Shown here piece after piece: positions 1 to 9,792 of a stretch of 64,000 nucleotides of DNA. How positions within the stretch are numbered: position 1 is the first letter of the stretch; each line of letters opens with the position of its first letter. The DNA is from an uncultured euryarchaeote (GTDB lineage Archaea; Thermoplasmatota; Poseidoniia; Poseidoniales; Poseidoniaceae). The notes under the pieces were generated by a model, which saw only the letters and a program-made list of their open reading frames with translations, was not told the origin of the DNA and ran no database searches. The translations under genes and the position numbers were made by a program. Location of the stretch: the NCBI GenBank assembly GCA_937899865.1, contig CALBRH010000055.1, positions 5,512-69,511 of the forward strand, written 5' to 3'.

Positions 1-1173
1 TTCGAAAACTATTTCCAACAACTCAAGCATGCAGACAAATTAGGATTTGGTGTTGGGTGGATTGCTCAAGCACACTTGTCTACTGAAACTCAAAAATCAA
101 ATTCAATGCCAGTAGTACCGCATTGGCAAGGGGAAGTTGGCCTCTGTACTGATTTTCCTCAATTGGCTATGGAGAGTTTTCGTCAGACTCAAAACATTGA
201 TATCGGCTCAGCAGTCATTAGTATATTGGCTAGTGGCGGACCTATTGCACAAGCTGAAAGAATCGCAAATACTGTCCAATTTCTTTCGATGTTAAATGAC
301 AACCGAAAGTTGCATGTTGGTTTTAGTGCCGGAAGATTTGAATTCATGGCAAGGCCTTATGGAATTTCACCAAGAAACTCTTGGGAAAGTGCAGCATGGA
401 AAGCACTTAGAGGGCAAATCTTCCTTGAGGCAAGTGAAATCTTTCTTAGATTATTAAAAGGTGAAATAATCTCAAGTAGTCAAATTAGAAAGACCATTTT
501 AACTAGAGAAAATTTTCGAAGTGATGAGGATTGGCAGGCAGTTCAAGAAGCATACCTTGCGGAAAATGATGAACAAAATATAACATCAATTACAATTCCT
601 AACAGATATAATTTCGAAGATATTTCCATCATACCTAAACAGTGGAATCGTTCACAACTACAACTTGTCGCTGGAACACATGACTCCAAAGCACAAGAAT
701 TCGTTAATACAATTTTGCCAGTTAGAGTTTTTAATCTCTCAATAACATCTCCTAAGATCATTGATGAAACCCACGAAAGAATGATGAAAAATTATCATTC
801 CGATGGAGGAGAATGGGAGCGCAGTTATATGCCAAGAACTAGTTTTGTATTCATCAATGATGAAGAAGGTTTGACAAATGAACAACAAAGTCAAGCCGCT
901 AATGTTGAAGCAAAGGAAGCATTACAAGCATATTGGAATGCATTAGAAGGAACTATCGATCCCGAAAAAGTTTCCAAAGCGGCTAATAATGCGCTGATTG
1001 GCAATCCTGCTGAAGTAGCAAAACAAATTGTCGAAAGATTCCATCCCGATGACACGATAATGGCATGGTTTGATTTCTTCAATCATGACTCTGAACGAGT
1101 TTGCCGCAATATGACTGCATACATGACAAAAGTTGTTCCAATGGTAGAAAAGATGCTGGAGGAGTTGATATGA
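1..1173 (+). CDS. Luciferase-like monooxygenase (LLM) family flavin/F420-dependent oxidoreductase; 5' end lies outside the window
   Basis: Frame 1 is open from base 1 (FENYFQQLKHADKLGFGVGWIAQAHL...) into tracked ORF 76..1173. Blocks ADKLGFGVGWIAQAH, IDIGSAVISI..GGPIAQAERIANTVQFLS and HVGFSAGRFEFMARPYG follow the LLM TIM-barrel pattern. Stop TGA 1171-1173 overlaps the next ATG (ATGA). Confidence 0.6.
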   Translation, partial: FENYFQQLKHADKLGFGVGWIAQAHLSTETQKSNSMPVVPHWQGEVGLCTDFPQLAMESFRQTQNIDIGSAVISILASGGPIAQAERIANTVQFLSMLNDNRKLHVGFSAGRFEFMARPYGISPRNSWESAAWKALRGQIFLEASEIFLRLLKGEIISSSQIRKTILTRENFRSDEDWQAVQEAYLAENDEQNITSITIPNRYNFEDISIIPKQWNRSQLQLVAGTHDSKAQEFVNTILPVRVFNLSITSPKIIDETHERMMKNYHSDGGEWERSYMPRTSFVFINDEEGLTNEQQSQAANVEAKEALQAYWNALEGTIDPEKVSKAANNALIGNPAEVAKQIVERFHPDDTIMAWFDFFNHDSERVCRNMTAYMTKVVPMVEKMLEELI

Positions 1174-2282
1174 GTTCAGAAAAAATACCCTCTGCAGTGC
1201 GTGAAGGCAAACCGGGAAGTTCAATGTATCCTGAATCATCGCTTGGAGAAGCGGTTGAAGGTATTCCTACTGGACGAGATGTCGATTGGGAGCCATTAGT
1301 TGATTATCGTCGAAATGGAGTTTCAGAAACTACAATTCATGGTGCAGTTGCCTGGGCGCATGGCGAAGAAGTAATACACTCATTTGGCGGCAATGTTCTT
1401 TGTTATGGAAGGTCCATGATGAAGCCATTTATGCTCAAAGCTTTCACTGAAGAGTTACAAGATGCGACTTGGGAGCAAAAAGCAATTGCAGTTGCATCAC
1501 ACAATGGTGATACTGAACACGTTGCTACTGCTCAATCTTTACTTTCAGAAGAAGAATGGCCTTTGATGTTGACTCCTCTTGATGTACCTTTAATTCAATT
1601 TGGCAGGCAAGTTCGCCGGCCAAGAAGATGGTATCACACATGCTCTGGAGAACACTCTGCCATCCTACATGGCTGTAGAAAAAAGGGCTGGAATCGCGCA
1701 GGTTATACATTGCCTAACCACCAAGTCTTCAAAGCTTATATGGAACAAATACGCACATATCTTGGAGATGACTGGAAGCCACTTCGAGTAGCAAAAGATG
1801 GTTGTGGCTTGCCTACTGTATCCAATACCGTCTCTGAACTTGCTCAAATCTATGCTGGTCTTGTTAGAGACAAAGATGATGATTGGATTTGGGAAGCGAT
1901 GGTTAAACATCCAGATTTGGTAGGTGGGTTCAACCGTCTAGACTCAACTATATTGAAAGCAGGTGAAGGTAAGGTTATCGCTAAAGAAGGGGCTGATGGA
2001 TTGCTTGGATTAGCTATTGAACACCCTGATTATCCAAAAGGATTGGGTGTTGTAATCAAGATTGCACATGGCTGGAATTCTCAAGCAACATGGTATATTG
2101 CAAGAGCTGTACTGGGCGTCCTTGGCATTGATTTGAGGAATCCATATCCTTTACACAGACAAAAGGCATTTATCGTGCCTGGTATTGTTCCACCAAAATA
2201 TGTCAAATCACTAGGGGACATAGATACATGGGATGAATGGGATCCTGACCGTGATAGATGGACTTATGATATCGAGGTGTGA
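1170..2282 (+). CDS. Asparaginase II family protein (PF06089-like)
   Basis: GRSMMKPFMLKAF, HTCSGEHSAILHGC, KDGCGLPT and IAKEGADGLLG match the conserved blocks of the L-asparaginase II family. Start moved from tracked 1101 to ATG 1170, which overlaps the upstream stop as ATGA. Confidence 0.7.
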   Translation: MSSEKIPSAVREGKPGSSMYPESSLGEAVEGIPTGRDVDWEPLVDYRRNGVSETTIHGAVAWAHGEEVIHSFGGNVLCYGRSMMKPFMLKAFTEELQDATWEQKAIAVASHNGDTEHVATAQSLLSEEEWPLMLTPLDVPLIQFGRQVRRPRRWYHTCSGEHSAILHGCRKKGWNRAGYTLPNHQVFKAYMEQIRTYLGDDWKPLRVAKDGCGLPTVSNTVSELAQIYAGLVRDKDDDWIWEAMVKHPDLVGGFNRLDSTILKAGEGKVIAKEGADGLLGLAIEHPDYPKGLGVVIKIAHGWNSQATWYIARAVLGVLGIDLRNPYPLHRQKAFIVPGIVPPKYVKSLGDIDTWDEWDPDRDRWTYDIEV

Positions 2283-3724
2283 GTTTGCAAATTGAAAATT
2301 TCATTGGTGGAGAATTCATAGCACCATTGAAAAAAAACTATCTCGAAAATCTTAATCCAGCTACTGGAAAAATCACATCAAAAATACCAAGTTCTACCAA
2401 AGAAGATGTAGAAATGGCAGTCAAGGCTGCTCAAAACGCCTTACCTAATTGGTCACAACTTTCGATTGACGAGCGAATCATTTGGCTAAGAAAAATTGCT
2501 AACGCCCTGGAATCACGCAAAGAAGATGTTGCCGCTTTAGAAAGCATGGACACAGGCAAACCAATTAGTCTCGCCAAGCGAGTAGATGCTGCACGTAGTG
2601 TAAGTAACTTCGAATTTTTTGCTGAACATGCTGAGAATCTAATTGAACTGAATTACAAAATGTCTGACGCAACTAATTATGTGACCAGAAAACCTGTTGG
2701 CGTTGTAGGTCTAATTACTCCTTGGAACCTTCCGCTATACTTGCTGACATGGAAAATTGCTCCTGCATTGGTAATGGGTAATACAATAGTGGCAAAACCA
2801 AGTGAAATGACTCCACTAACCGCTAACTTACTGTGCGAGATTCTAACATCAATAGAATTCCCAGAAGGAGTGATAAATATTGTTCATGGTCTTGGACCAA
2901 GTGCTGGTCAATCTATTTTAGAACATCCAAACATCAAGGCAATCTCATTTACTGGCGGTACTGCAACTGGAAAGATTGTTGCACAAACAGCTGCACCTAT
3001 GTTCAAAAAATTATCACTTGAACTCGGTGGTAAAAATGCTACCATTATTCTTGATGATGCTGACTTGCCAAATGCAGCAAAAGGTGCTGCTAGAGCAGCA
3101 TTTACGAATTCTGGCCAAGTATGTTTATGTGGTTCAAGAATTCTTGTTGCTGACAACATCTATGATGAATTTGTTACTTTATTGATTAATGAAGTTGAAT
3201 CCATGACAATTGGTAATCCAAGTGATGAAAACACTGACATCGGTTCTGTAATTTCATCTGAACACATGGAAAAGGTCCTCTCATACATTGAACTTGCCAA
3301 ACAAGAAGGTGGGAAAATTTCTGTGGGAGGCTCCAAGTTAACACTACCTCCTCCTAATGCTGATGGCGCATTCATCGAACCTACTCTTATCGAAGGTTTA
3401 GCAATTGATTCCCGATGTGCAACTGAAGAAATTTTTGGACCTGTAGCATCAATTCATCGATTCATTACTGACGATGAAGCAATTGAAATGGCTAACATCA
3501 CTGAATATGGTTTAGCAGGCTCGGTCTGGACTTCAAATCCTACTCGTGGCAAATCTGTCGCTGAGCGAATAGATAGTGGTATTTTGTGGGTAAATACATG
3601 GCTTCACCGTGACCTTAGAACTCCATTTGGTGGTGTCAAAAGTTCAGGAGTAGGTAGAGAAGGTGGCGACTGGTCACTGAATTTCTTCTCTGAACTCAGC
3701 AATATATGTGTAAAAGAAGAATGA
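2279..3724 (+). CDS. NAD(P)+ aldehyde dehydrogenase, 2-hydroxy/2-aminomuconic semialdehyde dehydrogenase-like
   Basis: N-terminus IENFIGGEFIAP, cofactor block FTGGTATGK, catalytic Glu block LELGGKNA and catalytic Cys block SGQVCLCGSRILV are ALDH superfamily hallmarks. GTG start overlaps the upstream TGA (GTGA). Confidence 0.85.
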   Translation: MSLQIENFIGGEFIAPLKKNYLENLNPATGKITSKIPSSTKEDVEMAVKAAQNALPNWSQLSIDERIIWLRKIANALESRKEDVAALESMDTGKPISLAKRVDAARSVSNFEFFAEHAENLIELNYKMSDATNYVTRKPVGVVGLITPWNLPLYLLTWKIAPALVMGNTIVAKPSEMTPLTANLLCEILTSIEFPEGVINIVHGLGPSAGQSILEHPNIKAISFTGGTATGKIVAQTAAPMFKKLSLELGGKNATIILDDADLPNAAKGAARAAFTNSGQVCLCGSRILVADNIYDEFVTLLINEVESMTIGNPSDENTDIGSVISSEHMEKVLSYIELAKQEGGKISVGGSKLTLPPPNADGAFIEPTLIEGLAIDSRCATEEIFGPVASIHRFITDDEAIEMANITEYGLAGSVWTSNPTRGKSVAERIDSGILWVNTWLHRDLRTPFGGVKSSGVGREGGDWSLNFFSELSNICVKEE

Positions 3725-3760
3725 ACATATCTTGATAAGCAAATTCATTGAATTCACGCT

Positions 3761-4486
3761 ATGTCCGAGACTGGAACATTGCCATTGTTTGTTCTTCCAA
3801 TGGTTCTTGTTCCAGGAGAGATACAAAGTCTGCGGATTTTTGAACCGCGATATAGGCAAATGCTCGATGACTGTCTGCTTGATGGCAAACCATTTGGCAT
3901 GATTATGACAGATCCTCTCGCATTCCATAATGGATGGAATGGGCCTCGAGCATTTGGATGTGAAGCAGAAATTATCAGTCATGAAACCAAAGGAAGTAAT
4001 CACTTCATTGAATTTGTTGGCCGAAGACGGTTTAAAATCGACAGAGTAATCGAACCTGCTCTTCCACCTTTTGAGGATGAATCAATGGCTGATTTGATTA
4101 CGGAAATTGGAATTCTTCCCGACTTAGAGACAATTCTTGAGAGAATTCCAGAAGATAGTGAACATTCGAAACTATATCTTTCAGCAGATGTGACTTTCTT
4201 AGATGATGAACAAGAATTAACTGAATTTCAACAAACTGAATTAAGGTCTACACTTAATGGTATATTGGGTAAAATTGGTGGAATTTTGCAAATTGAAAAG
4301 GATACTTTAGAGGATTGGATTGAAGATAGAACTGCGACTGTTATTGATGAAAGTTCATCATCTATGTTTGCAGTTGCTGCATTAACTATTAGTGACCCAG
4401 AAAATAAGTATCAATTATTATCATGTTCTGAACTGAAAGAGGTATTCCTAAAATTGACAAGATTTCTTGCAGAAATGGATGTTTAA
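3761..4486 (+). CDS. Lon N-terminal (LON substrate-binding) domain protein
   Basis: LPLFVLPMVLVPGEIQSLRIFEPRYRQMLDDCL matches the start of the Lon protease N-terminal domain (LPlFPL..vlfPg..lpLhIFEPRYr.mv). No AAA or protease domain follows. Confidence 0.7.
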   Translation: MSETGTLPLFVLPMVLVPGEIQSLRIFEPRYRQMLDDCLLDGKPFGMIMTDPLAFHNGWNGPRAFGCEAEIISHETKGSNHFIEFVGRRRFKIDRVIEPALPPFEDESMADLITEIGILPDLETILERIPEDSEHSKLYLSADVTFLDDEQELTEFQQTELRSTLNGILGKIGGILQIEKDTLEDWIEDRTATVIDESSSSMFAVAALTISDPENKYQLLSCSELKEVFLKLTRFLAEMDV

Positions 4487-4538
4487 CTCAATAGATTGAT
4501 AGCGTGACCTTCAAAACTCCAACGCCTGTGGTTTAACC

Positions 4539-5360
4539 ATGTCCGTTCACGGTCAAGCCAAGAAGGTCACAACTCATACGCTTCAAGAAATGAAGCGTGC
4601 TGGTGAGAAAATCACTATGCTTACCGCATATGATTACTCACTAGCAAAATTGGTTGACAATGGCGGAGTGGATGTAATTCTTGTAGGAGATTCGGCATCA
4701 AATGTAATGGCTGGGCAAGTTACTACAGTGCCGATGACTTTGGATCACATGATATACCACGCTCAATGTGTAAAGCGAGCTGTTGACAGAGCACTTATTG
4801 TAGTGGATATGCCGTTTGGAACCTATCAAGGTAATTCTGCAATTGCTCTTGAATCTGCTATTCGAATTATGAAAGAAGCAGAAGGTCATGCTGTCAAGTT
4901 AGAAGGTGGGGCTGAAATTGTTGAGTCAATTAAGAGAATTCTAACTGCTGGTATTCCAGTAATGGGACATCTTGGACTTACTCCTCAATCAATTTACAAA
5001 TTTGGCACATACAGTGTTAGAGCAAAGGAAGATGATGAAGCGGCTAAGTTAATTGAAGATGCTAAAATCCTTGAAGAAGCTGGTTGTTTTGCAATTGTAT
5101 TAGAAAAGATTCCCCGTGAACTAGCAAAGAAAGTAAGTGAGGCGATTAACATACCAACCATTGGAATCGGCGCTGGCCCTGATTGTGATGGACAAGTATT
5201 GGTATTGCATGATTTGCTTGGCATAACTATGGACTTTTCACCAAGATTCCTTAGGAGATATCTAAATCTTGCAGAATCAATTGATGGTGCAGTAAAGCAA
5301 TACTGCGAAGATGTTAGAACTGGCGATTTCCCTAATGATTCTGAGAGTTATACATCATAG
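4539..5360 (+). CDS. panB: 3-methyl-2-oxobutanoate hydroxymethyltransferase (ketopantoate hydroxymethyltransferase)
   Basis: [34 protein letters not shown]....TLDHMIYH...VVDMPFGTY....AVKLEGG is the PanB signature along the full length. Confidence 0.9.
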   Translation: MSVHGQAKKVTTHTLQEMKRAGEKITMLTAYDYSLAKLVDNGGVDVILVGDSASNVMAGQVTTVPMTLDHMIYHAQCVKRAVDRALIVVDMPFGTYQGNSAIALESAIRIMKEAEGHAVKLEGGAEIVESIKRILTAGIPVMGHLGLTPQSIYKFGTYSVRAKEDDEAAKLIEDAKILEEAGCFAIVLEKIPRELAKKVSEAINIPTIGIGAGPDCDGQVLVLHDLLGITMDFSPRFLRRYLNLAESIDGAVKQYCEDVRTGDFPNDSESYTS

Positions 5361-5855
5361 GCCCATACTGTAAACTAGCAAAGCGCCAGAAAATGAGCCA
5401 ATATCAACAGCAAATGCATGCCATACACCATACCTAAATGGTGGCAAATCATACCTTCCCCAAGAGGTAGAAATCCAAACCCATAGTAGCAAAGCACCAT
5501 AGCCGCCACAAAATAATGCGCCCCATCCTGAGAACCAAACCACAAAGAAAATTACTCCAGGTAAAGCAATACCCATGCTGTACTCATACCATCTTGATGC
5601 TTCTCCCCTTACCAGTATGAAATAAAGTAATGGAGAAAGAAGAATCGAAGTCAAAATTGCTCCTTGGGGTGGTGAAGGCCAACTATATTCGGGAGTGATA
5701 TATTGCTGGAAGATAATTCCTACAATCATACCAAATAATGCTGGTGCGATAATGTGTCTTATTCCAGTATCAAAATCAATACCTCTTACACGGTCTAATT
5801 CTGATTCATTGGACGAGCTTGCATACTGAGATACCTCAATTTCTAACTCGTCCAT
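5355..5855 (-). CDS. Hypothetical polytopic membrane protein
   Basis: 166-aa ORF with an acidic N-terminus followed by about 5 hydrophobic, Trp/Gly-rich helices. It converges on panB with a 6-nt overlap. No family recognised. Confidence 0.5.
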   Translation of the reverse strand: MDELEIEVSQYASSSNESELDRVRGIDFDTGIRHIIAPALFGMIVGIIFQQYITPEYSWPSPPQGAILTSILLSPLLYFILVRGEASRWYEYSMGIALPGVIFFVVWFSGWGALFCGGYGALLLWVWISTSWGRYDLPPFRYGVWHAFAVDIGSFSGALLVYSMGL

Positions 5856-5942
5856 AATTCACCCAATCAGCGCTGGTGTTTGAGCCTTAGGGCGAGGATA
5901 TTATCCGTTTATGATATAGGCAACCTACTCATAGCGTGCAAC

Positions 5943-6839
5943 ATGGCGCAGGGCGAGATTGTTGCGGGCTGTTTAGCACCGCACCCACCCCACTTGGTTT
6001 ATGCTGAGAATCCAGAGCAGAATGAACCGGTTGCAGAAGGTGGCTGGGAACAGCTTAGATGGGGTTATGAACGACTTAGAGACTCGCTAAAGGGGATAGA
6101 ATATGATGCGATAGTAATTCTATCGCCACACTGGCAAACCTATGTAGGAACTCATTTCCTTGGACTAGAAAATTTCCAAAGTCTTTCTGTAGATCCTATT
6201 TTTCCCAACCTATTTCGCTATCACTACGACATGAATGTTGATGTTGAACTTGCTCAACAGATTCATGACAAAGCCGACAAAGCAGGTTTGACAGTCAAGA
6301 TGATGACTAATCCTGATTTTAGAGTAGATTATGGAACTATTACCACAGGCCACATGTTTAGACCACAATGGGATAAGCCATTAGTGGTAATTTCCAGTAA
6401 CCGCTCAAGTGCATACTATTCAGTTGAAGTTATGCAAGAAATGATGATAGAACTTGGTAAAGCAACACGTGAAGCGATTTTGGAAAGTGGAAAGAAAGTT
6501 GTTGTATTAGCAAGTAACTCATTATCTCATCGTCATTTCACCACTGAGTCAGATATTCCAGAAGATATGAGCAAAGAGCACATTACTAGTCATGCTATGC
6601 ATTTGTGGGATATGCGAATTATTGACTACATGAAATCAGGTCAATGCCAGAGAATTATTGATGAAATGCCTGAATTTACCGAACAAGCGATTGCTGAAAC
6701 AGATGGTGGAGCATTTACTTGGTTGCTATCTACTCTGGAAGTCCCAAACTATCCAGCAATTCTCCACGGATACGGCACAATTATTGGCACTGGTAATGCA
6801 ATCGTTGAGTGGCCAGTCTACAAACATAAGGAGGCATGA
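5943..6839 (+). CDS. Class III extradiol ring-cleavage dioxygenase, LigB/AmnB-like catalytic subunit
   Basis: IVAGCLAPHPPHLV, AIVILSPHW and VLASNSLSHRH correspond to the LigB-family metal-binding and active-site His blocks. I prefer ATG 5943 (MAQGEIVAGCL..) over the tracked TTG at 5880. Stop overlaps the next ATG (ATGA). Confidence 0.7.
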   Translation: MAQGEIVAGCLAPHPPHLVYAENPEQNEPVAEGGWEQLRWGYERLRDSLKGIEYDAIVILSPHWQTYVGTHFLGLENFQSLSVDPIFPNLFRYHYDMNVDVELAQQIHDKADKAGLTVKMMTNPDFRVDYGTITTGHMFRPQWDKPLVVISSNRSSAYYSVEVMQEMMIELGKATREAILESGKKVVVLASNSLSHRHFTTESDIPEDMSKEHITSHAMHLWDMRIIDYMKSGQCQRIIDEMPEFTEQAIAETDGGAFTWLLSTLEVPNYPAILHGYGTIIGTGNAIVEWPVYKHKEA

Positions 6840-8233
6840 AAATGACTAATGGTGAGATTGTTGAATCATTTGTTGTACCTGTTCATCCACACACTGTGCT
6901 GGCACCTGAACAAAATGAGGGTTGGGGCAGATTAAGAAAAGCATATGATGATGCTGCAAAAATTATCCAAGATAGTGGTGCAGATTTATTGATTATTTAT
7001 TCAACCACTTGGCCAAGTATCATTGGCCATCAAATTATTTCAGACCCTAATCCTGAATGGGTGATGGTAGATCATGACTTCCATGAGTTAGGTTCAATTC
7101 ATTACTCATTCAAGATTGATGTTGAATTTGCCGAGCAATGGAATGCAGAAAACAAATCACGTGGATTACAAAGTCGATGTGTGAACTATCATGGTTTTCC
7201 GATTGATGTAGGTTCAGTAGTTGCACTTACTCTACTAAATCCAGAAAATAAAATACCAGCAATTATCGTTTCGTCTAATGTTTATGCCGACAGGAGTGAA
7301 ACTACAGTCCTAGCTAAAGCATGCCGAGATTTGGTAAAAAGAACTGGACGTAAAGCTGTAGCAATCACTGCAATGTCCCTTTCAAATAGAATGTTCACTG
7401 AACATATCGACCCTAAAGATGACCGTATCCATTCTTTGAAAGATGATGAATGGAATCAAAAGATATTGGAATTTTTATCTGAAGGTAGGCTTGAGGATGT
7501 TGGCCAACTCTCAAGAACTATTCAGCGACAGATACGTGTTCAAAAAGTGGTTAATTTCAAGCCAATGTGGTGGTTATCTGCAATGAATGATAATCGAAAT
7601 AATTTGACTGGTAATGTTCTAGCATATGAGGGAATTCACGGCGCAGGTTGTGCTGTGGTAAATCTCAATCCTACGCCCTCTGGATTTGGTGACAAAGAAT
7701 ATGATGAAGATGATGTTGAAATTTTTGCTGGTGAAAGGGGCGTATTGGACTCTAACACACAACAAGAAAGTAAGATAGAAACAGACGATGGACCTGCTTT
7801 ATGGGAGCCAACTAAGGCTGAAGGTTCAGTTAATACAGATGCTGCTCCAAAACCCGTTGGTGCATATCCGCATGCAAGAAGAGTTGGTGACTTGATTTAC
7901 TTGTCAGGAGTGGGTCCAAGGCAGCCTGGAACTAATGAGATTCCTGGTGGGCCAATTCATGACAATAGCGGTAAACCTCTCAACTATGACATAAAAGAAC
8001 AGACTCATGCTGTTGTCAATAACATCGCTAGAATTCTCGAAGAAGCTGGTTCATCACTTGACAAAGTTCTCGATGTGACTTCTTTTTTAGTAGATATGGA
8101 TCGTGACTTTCAAGGTTACAATGAAGTTTGGGCAGAAACCCTTGGTAAAGTTGGACCTACTAGAACTACCTTAGCAATAAGGGCTTTACCAACACCAATT
8201 GCCGTAGAGATGAAGGTTATCGCCAGTATTTGA
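6836..8233 (+). CDS. Fusion protein: LigB/AmnA-like dioxygenase subunit (N) plus RidA/YjgF/TdcF-family domain (C)
   Basis: N-terminal ~290 aa resemble a second LigB-fold subunit (VVPVHPHTVLAP, LLIIYSTTW). An acidic linker follows. The C-terminal ~130 aa (about 7838..8230), APKPVGAYPHARRVGDLIYLSGVGP...VLDVTSFLVDM...GPTRTTLAIRALPTPIAVEMKVIA, is a typical RidA-family sequence. AAGGAGG lies just upstream of ATG 6836. Confidence 0.7.
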   Translation: MKMTNGEIVESFVVPVHPHTVLAPEQNEGWGRLRKAYDDAAKIIQDSGADLLIIYSTTWPSIIGHQIISDPNPEWVMVDHDFHELGSIHYSFKIDVEFAEQWNAENKSRGLQSRCVNYHGFPIDVGSVVALTLLNPENKIPAIIVSSNVYADRSETTVLAKACRDLVKRTGRKAVAITAMSLSNRMFTEHIDPKDDRIHSLKDDEWNQKILEFLSEGRLEDVGQLSRTIQRQIRVQKVVNFKPMWWLSAMNDNRNNLTGNVLAYEGIHGAGCAVVNLNPTPSGFGDKEYDEDDVEIFAGERGVLDSNTQQESKIETDDGPALWEPTKAEGSVNTDAAPKPVGAYPHARRVGDLIYLSGVGPRQPGTNEIPGGPIHDNSGKPLNYDIKEQTHAVVNNIARILEEAGSSLDKVLDVTSFLVDMDRDFQGYNEVWAETLGKVGPTRTTLAIRALPTPIAVEMKVIASI

Positions 8234-8361
8234 ATTACCGGATTTCGGACATAATCCTTAGATTTCTTTAGTAATCAATAACTACCTTCGGTTGTTACCG
8301 CCCAATATTGATAGGTATTTGGTAGAAATACGGTAATTTACCAAAATGAGGTGAGATTTCA

Positions 8362-9780
8362 ATGGACATAAAATCAACCGCAGACAAATTGCTGAAGGGT
8401 GATGTTTCGGGCGTTGTTGATGATGTTAAATCAACCATCAAAAGATCATTGACATTAGTTGGAGTAATTATTGTCACTGTAGCCGCAAGTATTGGCTCAG
8501 GGTTATTTGTCCTTCCTTCTTTTGCTGCCTCAGTAATGGGTCCAGGAATATGGTTGGCATTTTTACTGGCCGGAATCGTGTTTTTACCTGGTGCTTTGTC
8601 AAAATCAGAACTGGCTTCTGCAATGCCAGTAAATGGTGGTGCATATGTTTACCTCGAACGGTCATTCGGACCAATTATTGGAACCATTAGTGGTTTAGGA
8701 TTATGGGCTTCATTTCTACTGAAATCTGCCTTTGCATTGATTGGTTTTTCCGCTTACATGTATGCGGTAACGAATTATCTTGACATATCTACTAACGCTA
8801 CGTTTGTTATCATGTCTGCACTAGCATTGATTACTATACTCAATATCTTTGGTATTAAGAAAGTCAAAGCATTTCAAACACCAATCTTGGCATTAACTAC
8901 AATATTGATTTTAGTCATATGTTTCATCCAATTATTCGATGCAAGTTTTGATTTTTCCCGCCCCATTGATGGAGCATTTGACGTTTCAAGAGATGACCCA
9001 GTATTGGTCGCAGAGGCTGCTGCGTTAGTCTTTGTCGCTTATGCAGGAATATACAAAGCAGGGGCTTTGGGTGGAGAAATTAAGGAACCAAAAAAGAATC
9101 TACCTGCTGGTATGCTATTATCTCTACTACTGATTACTTTGCTATATGTGGTTGTTACATTCATTATGATGGGGGCTGTAGAAGGCGAATGGTGGGTTAA
9201 TTCAGATGGTAGCCCAAGAGAAGATCCGATCTTTGCCTTCGTAGATGCTGTGGCATCGACTGAAATTGGCATTGCTATGGCGCTATTAGCTTTTCTTACA
9301 ATGATTTCAGGTGCTCTATCAGGATTATTGGCTGCATCAAGATTCTTGTTTGCAATGGCCAAGGATTGTCTTTTACCAGATAATTTAAGTGAAACAAATG
9401 AGAAATTTGGTACTCCTCATTGGTCAATTATTATTACAGGTGTTGCAATGGGAATTTGCATCCTAACATTACCGGTCAAGGATGTTGCTAAATTAGCCTC
9501 AGGATTCCAAATTATGGTCATTGTAGCCTTGAATGCTTGTGTTATTATTCTAAGAAGAGAAAATCAAAAACACGAATGGTACCAACCAGAATTTAAATCT
9601 CCATTGTACCCATTTGTCCAGGTCTTTGGTATAATTGCGGGCGCAATTCTAGTCTACTTGATGGGTTCTAAAGCCATAATTGGAGCATTAGCCGCCATAG
9701 TTCTTGGACTTTCTACCTACAAAATTTATGGTGAAAAGAACTACAAGAATTTGGAAAATACAAGTTTGGAATCTGAATGA
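8362..9780 (+). CDS. APC-superfamily amino acid/polyamine permease
   Basis: About 12 hydrophobic helices. IGSGLFVLPS near the N-terminus and overall length and organisation are typical of amino acid permeases. Confidence 0.75.
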   Translation: MDIKSTADKLLKGDVSGVVDDVKSTIKRSLTLVGVIIVTVAASIGSGLFVLPSFAASVMGPGIWLAFLLAGIVFLPGALSKSELASAMPVNGGAYVYLERSFGPIIGTISGLGLWASFLLKSAFALIGFSAYMYAVTNYLDISTNATFVIMSALALITILNIFGIKKVKAFQTPILALTTILILVICFIQLFDASFDFSRPIDGAFDVSRDDPVLVAEAAALVFVAYAGIYKAGALGGEIKEPKKNLPAGMLLSLLLITLLYVVVTFIMMGAVEGEWWVNSDGSPREDPIFAFVDAVASTEIGIAMALLAFLTMISGALSGLLAASRFLFAMAKDCLLPDNLSETNEKFGTPHWSIIITGVAMGICILTLPVKDVAKLASGFQIMVIVALNACVIILRRENQKHEWYQPEFKSPLYPFVQVFGIIAGAILVYLMGSKAIIGALAAIVLGLSTYKIYGEKNYKNLENTSLESE

Positions 9781-9792
9781 ATTTCGAAAATT

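Noticed and set aside
1101-1169. Tracked upstream start (1101) for the asparaginase II-like ORF, overlapping the LLM gene by 73 nt.
   Set aside because: The extension (MPQYDCIHDKSCSNGRKDAGGVD) is not part of the family, and ATG 1170 gives a classic ATGA stop/start overlap.
5880-5942. Tracked TTG start for the LigB-like gene.
   Set aside because: The family N-terminus begins a few residues before the ..PH.P block. ATG 5943 (MAQGEIVAGCLAPHPPH) fits and leaves room for a divergent promoter region.
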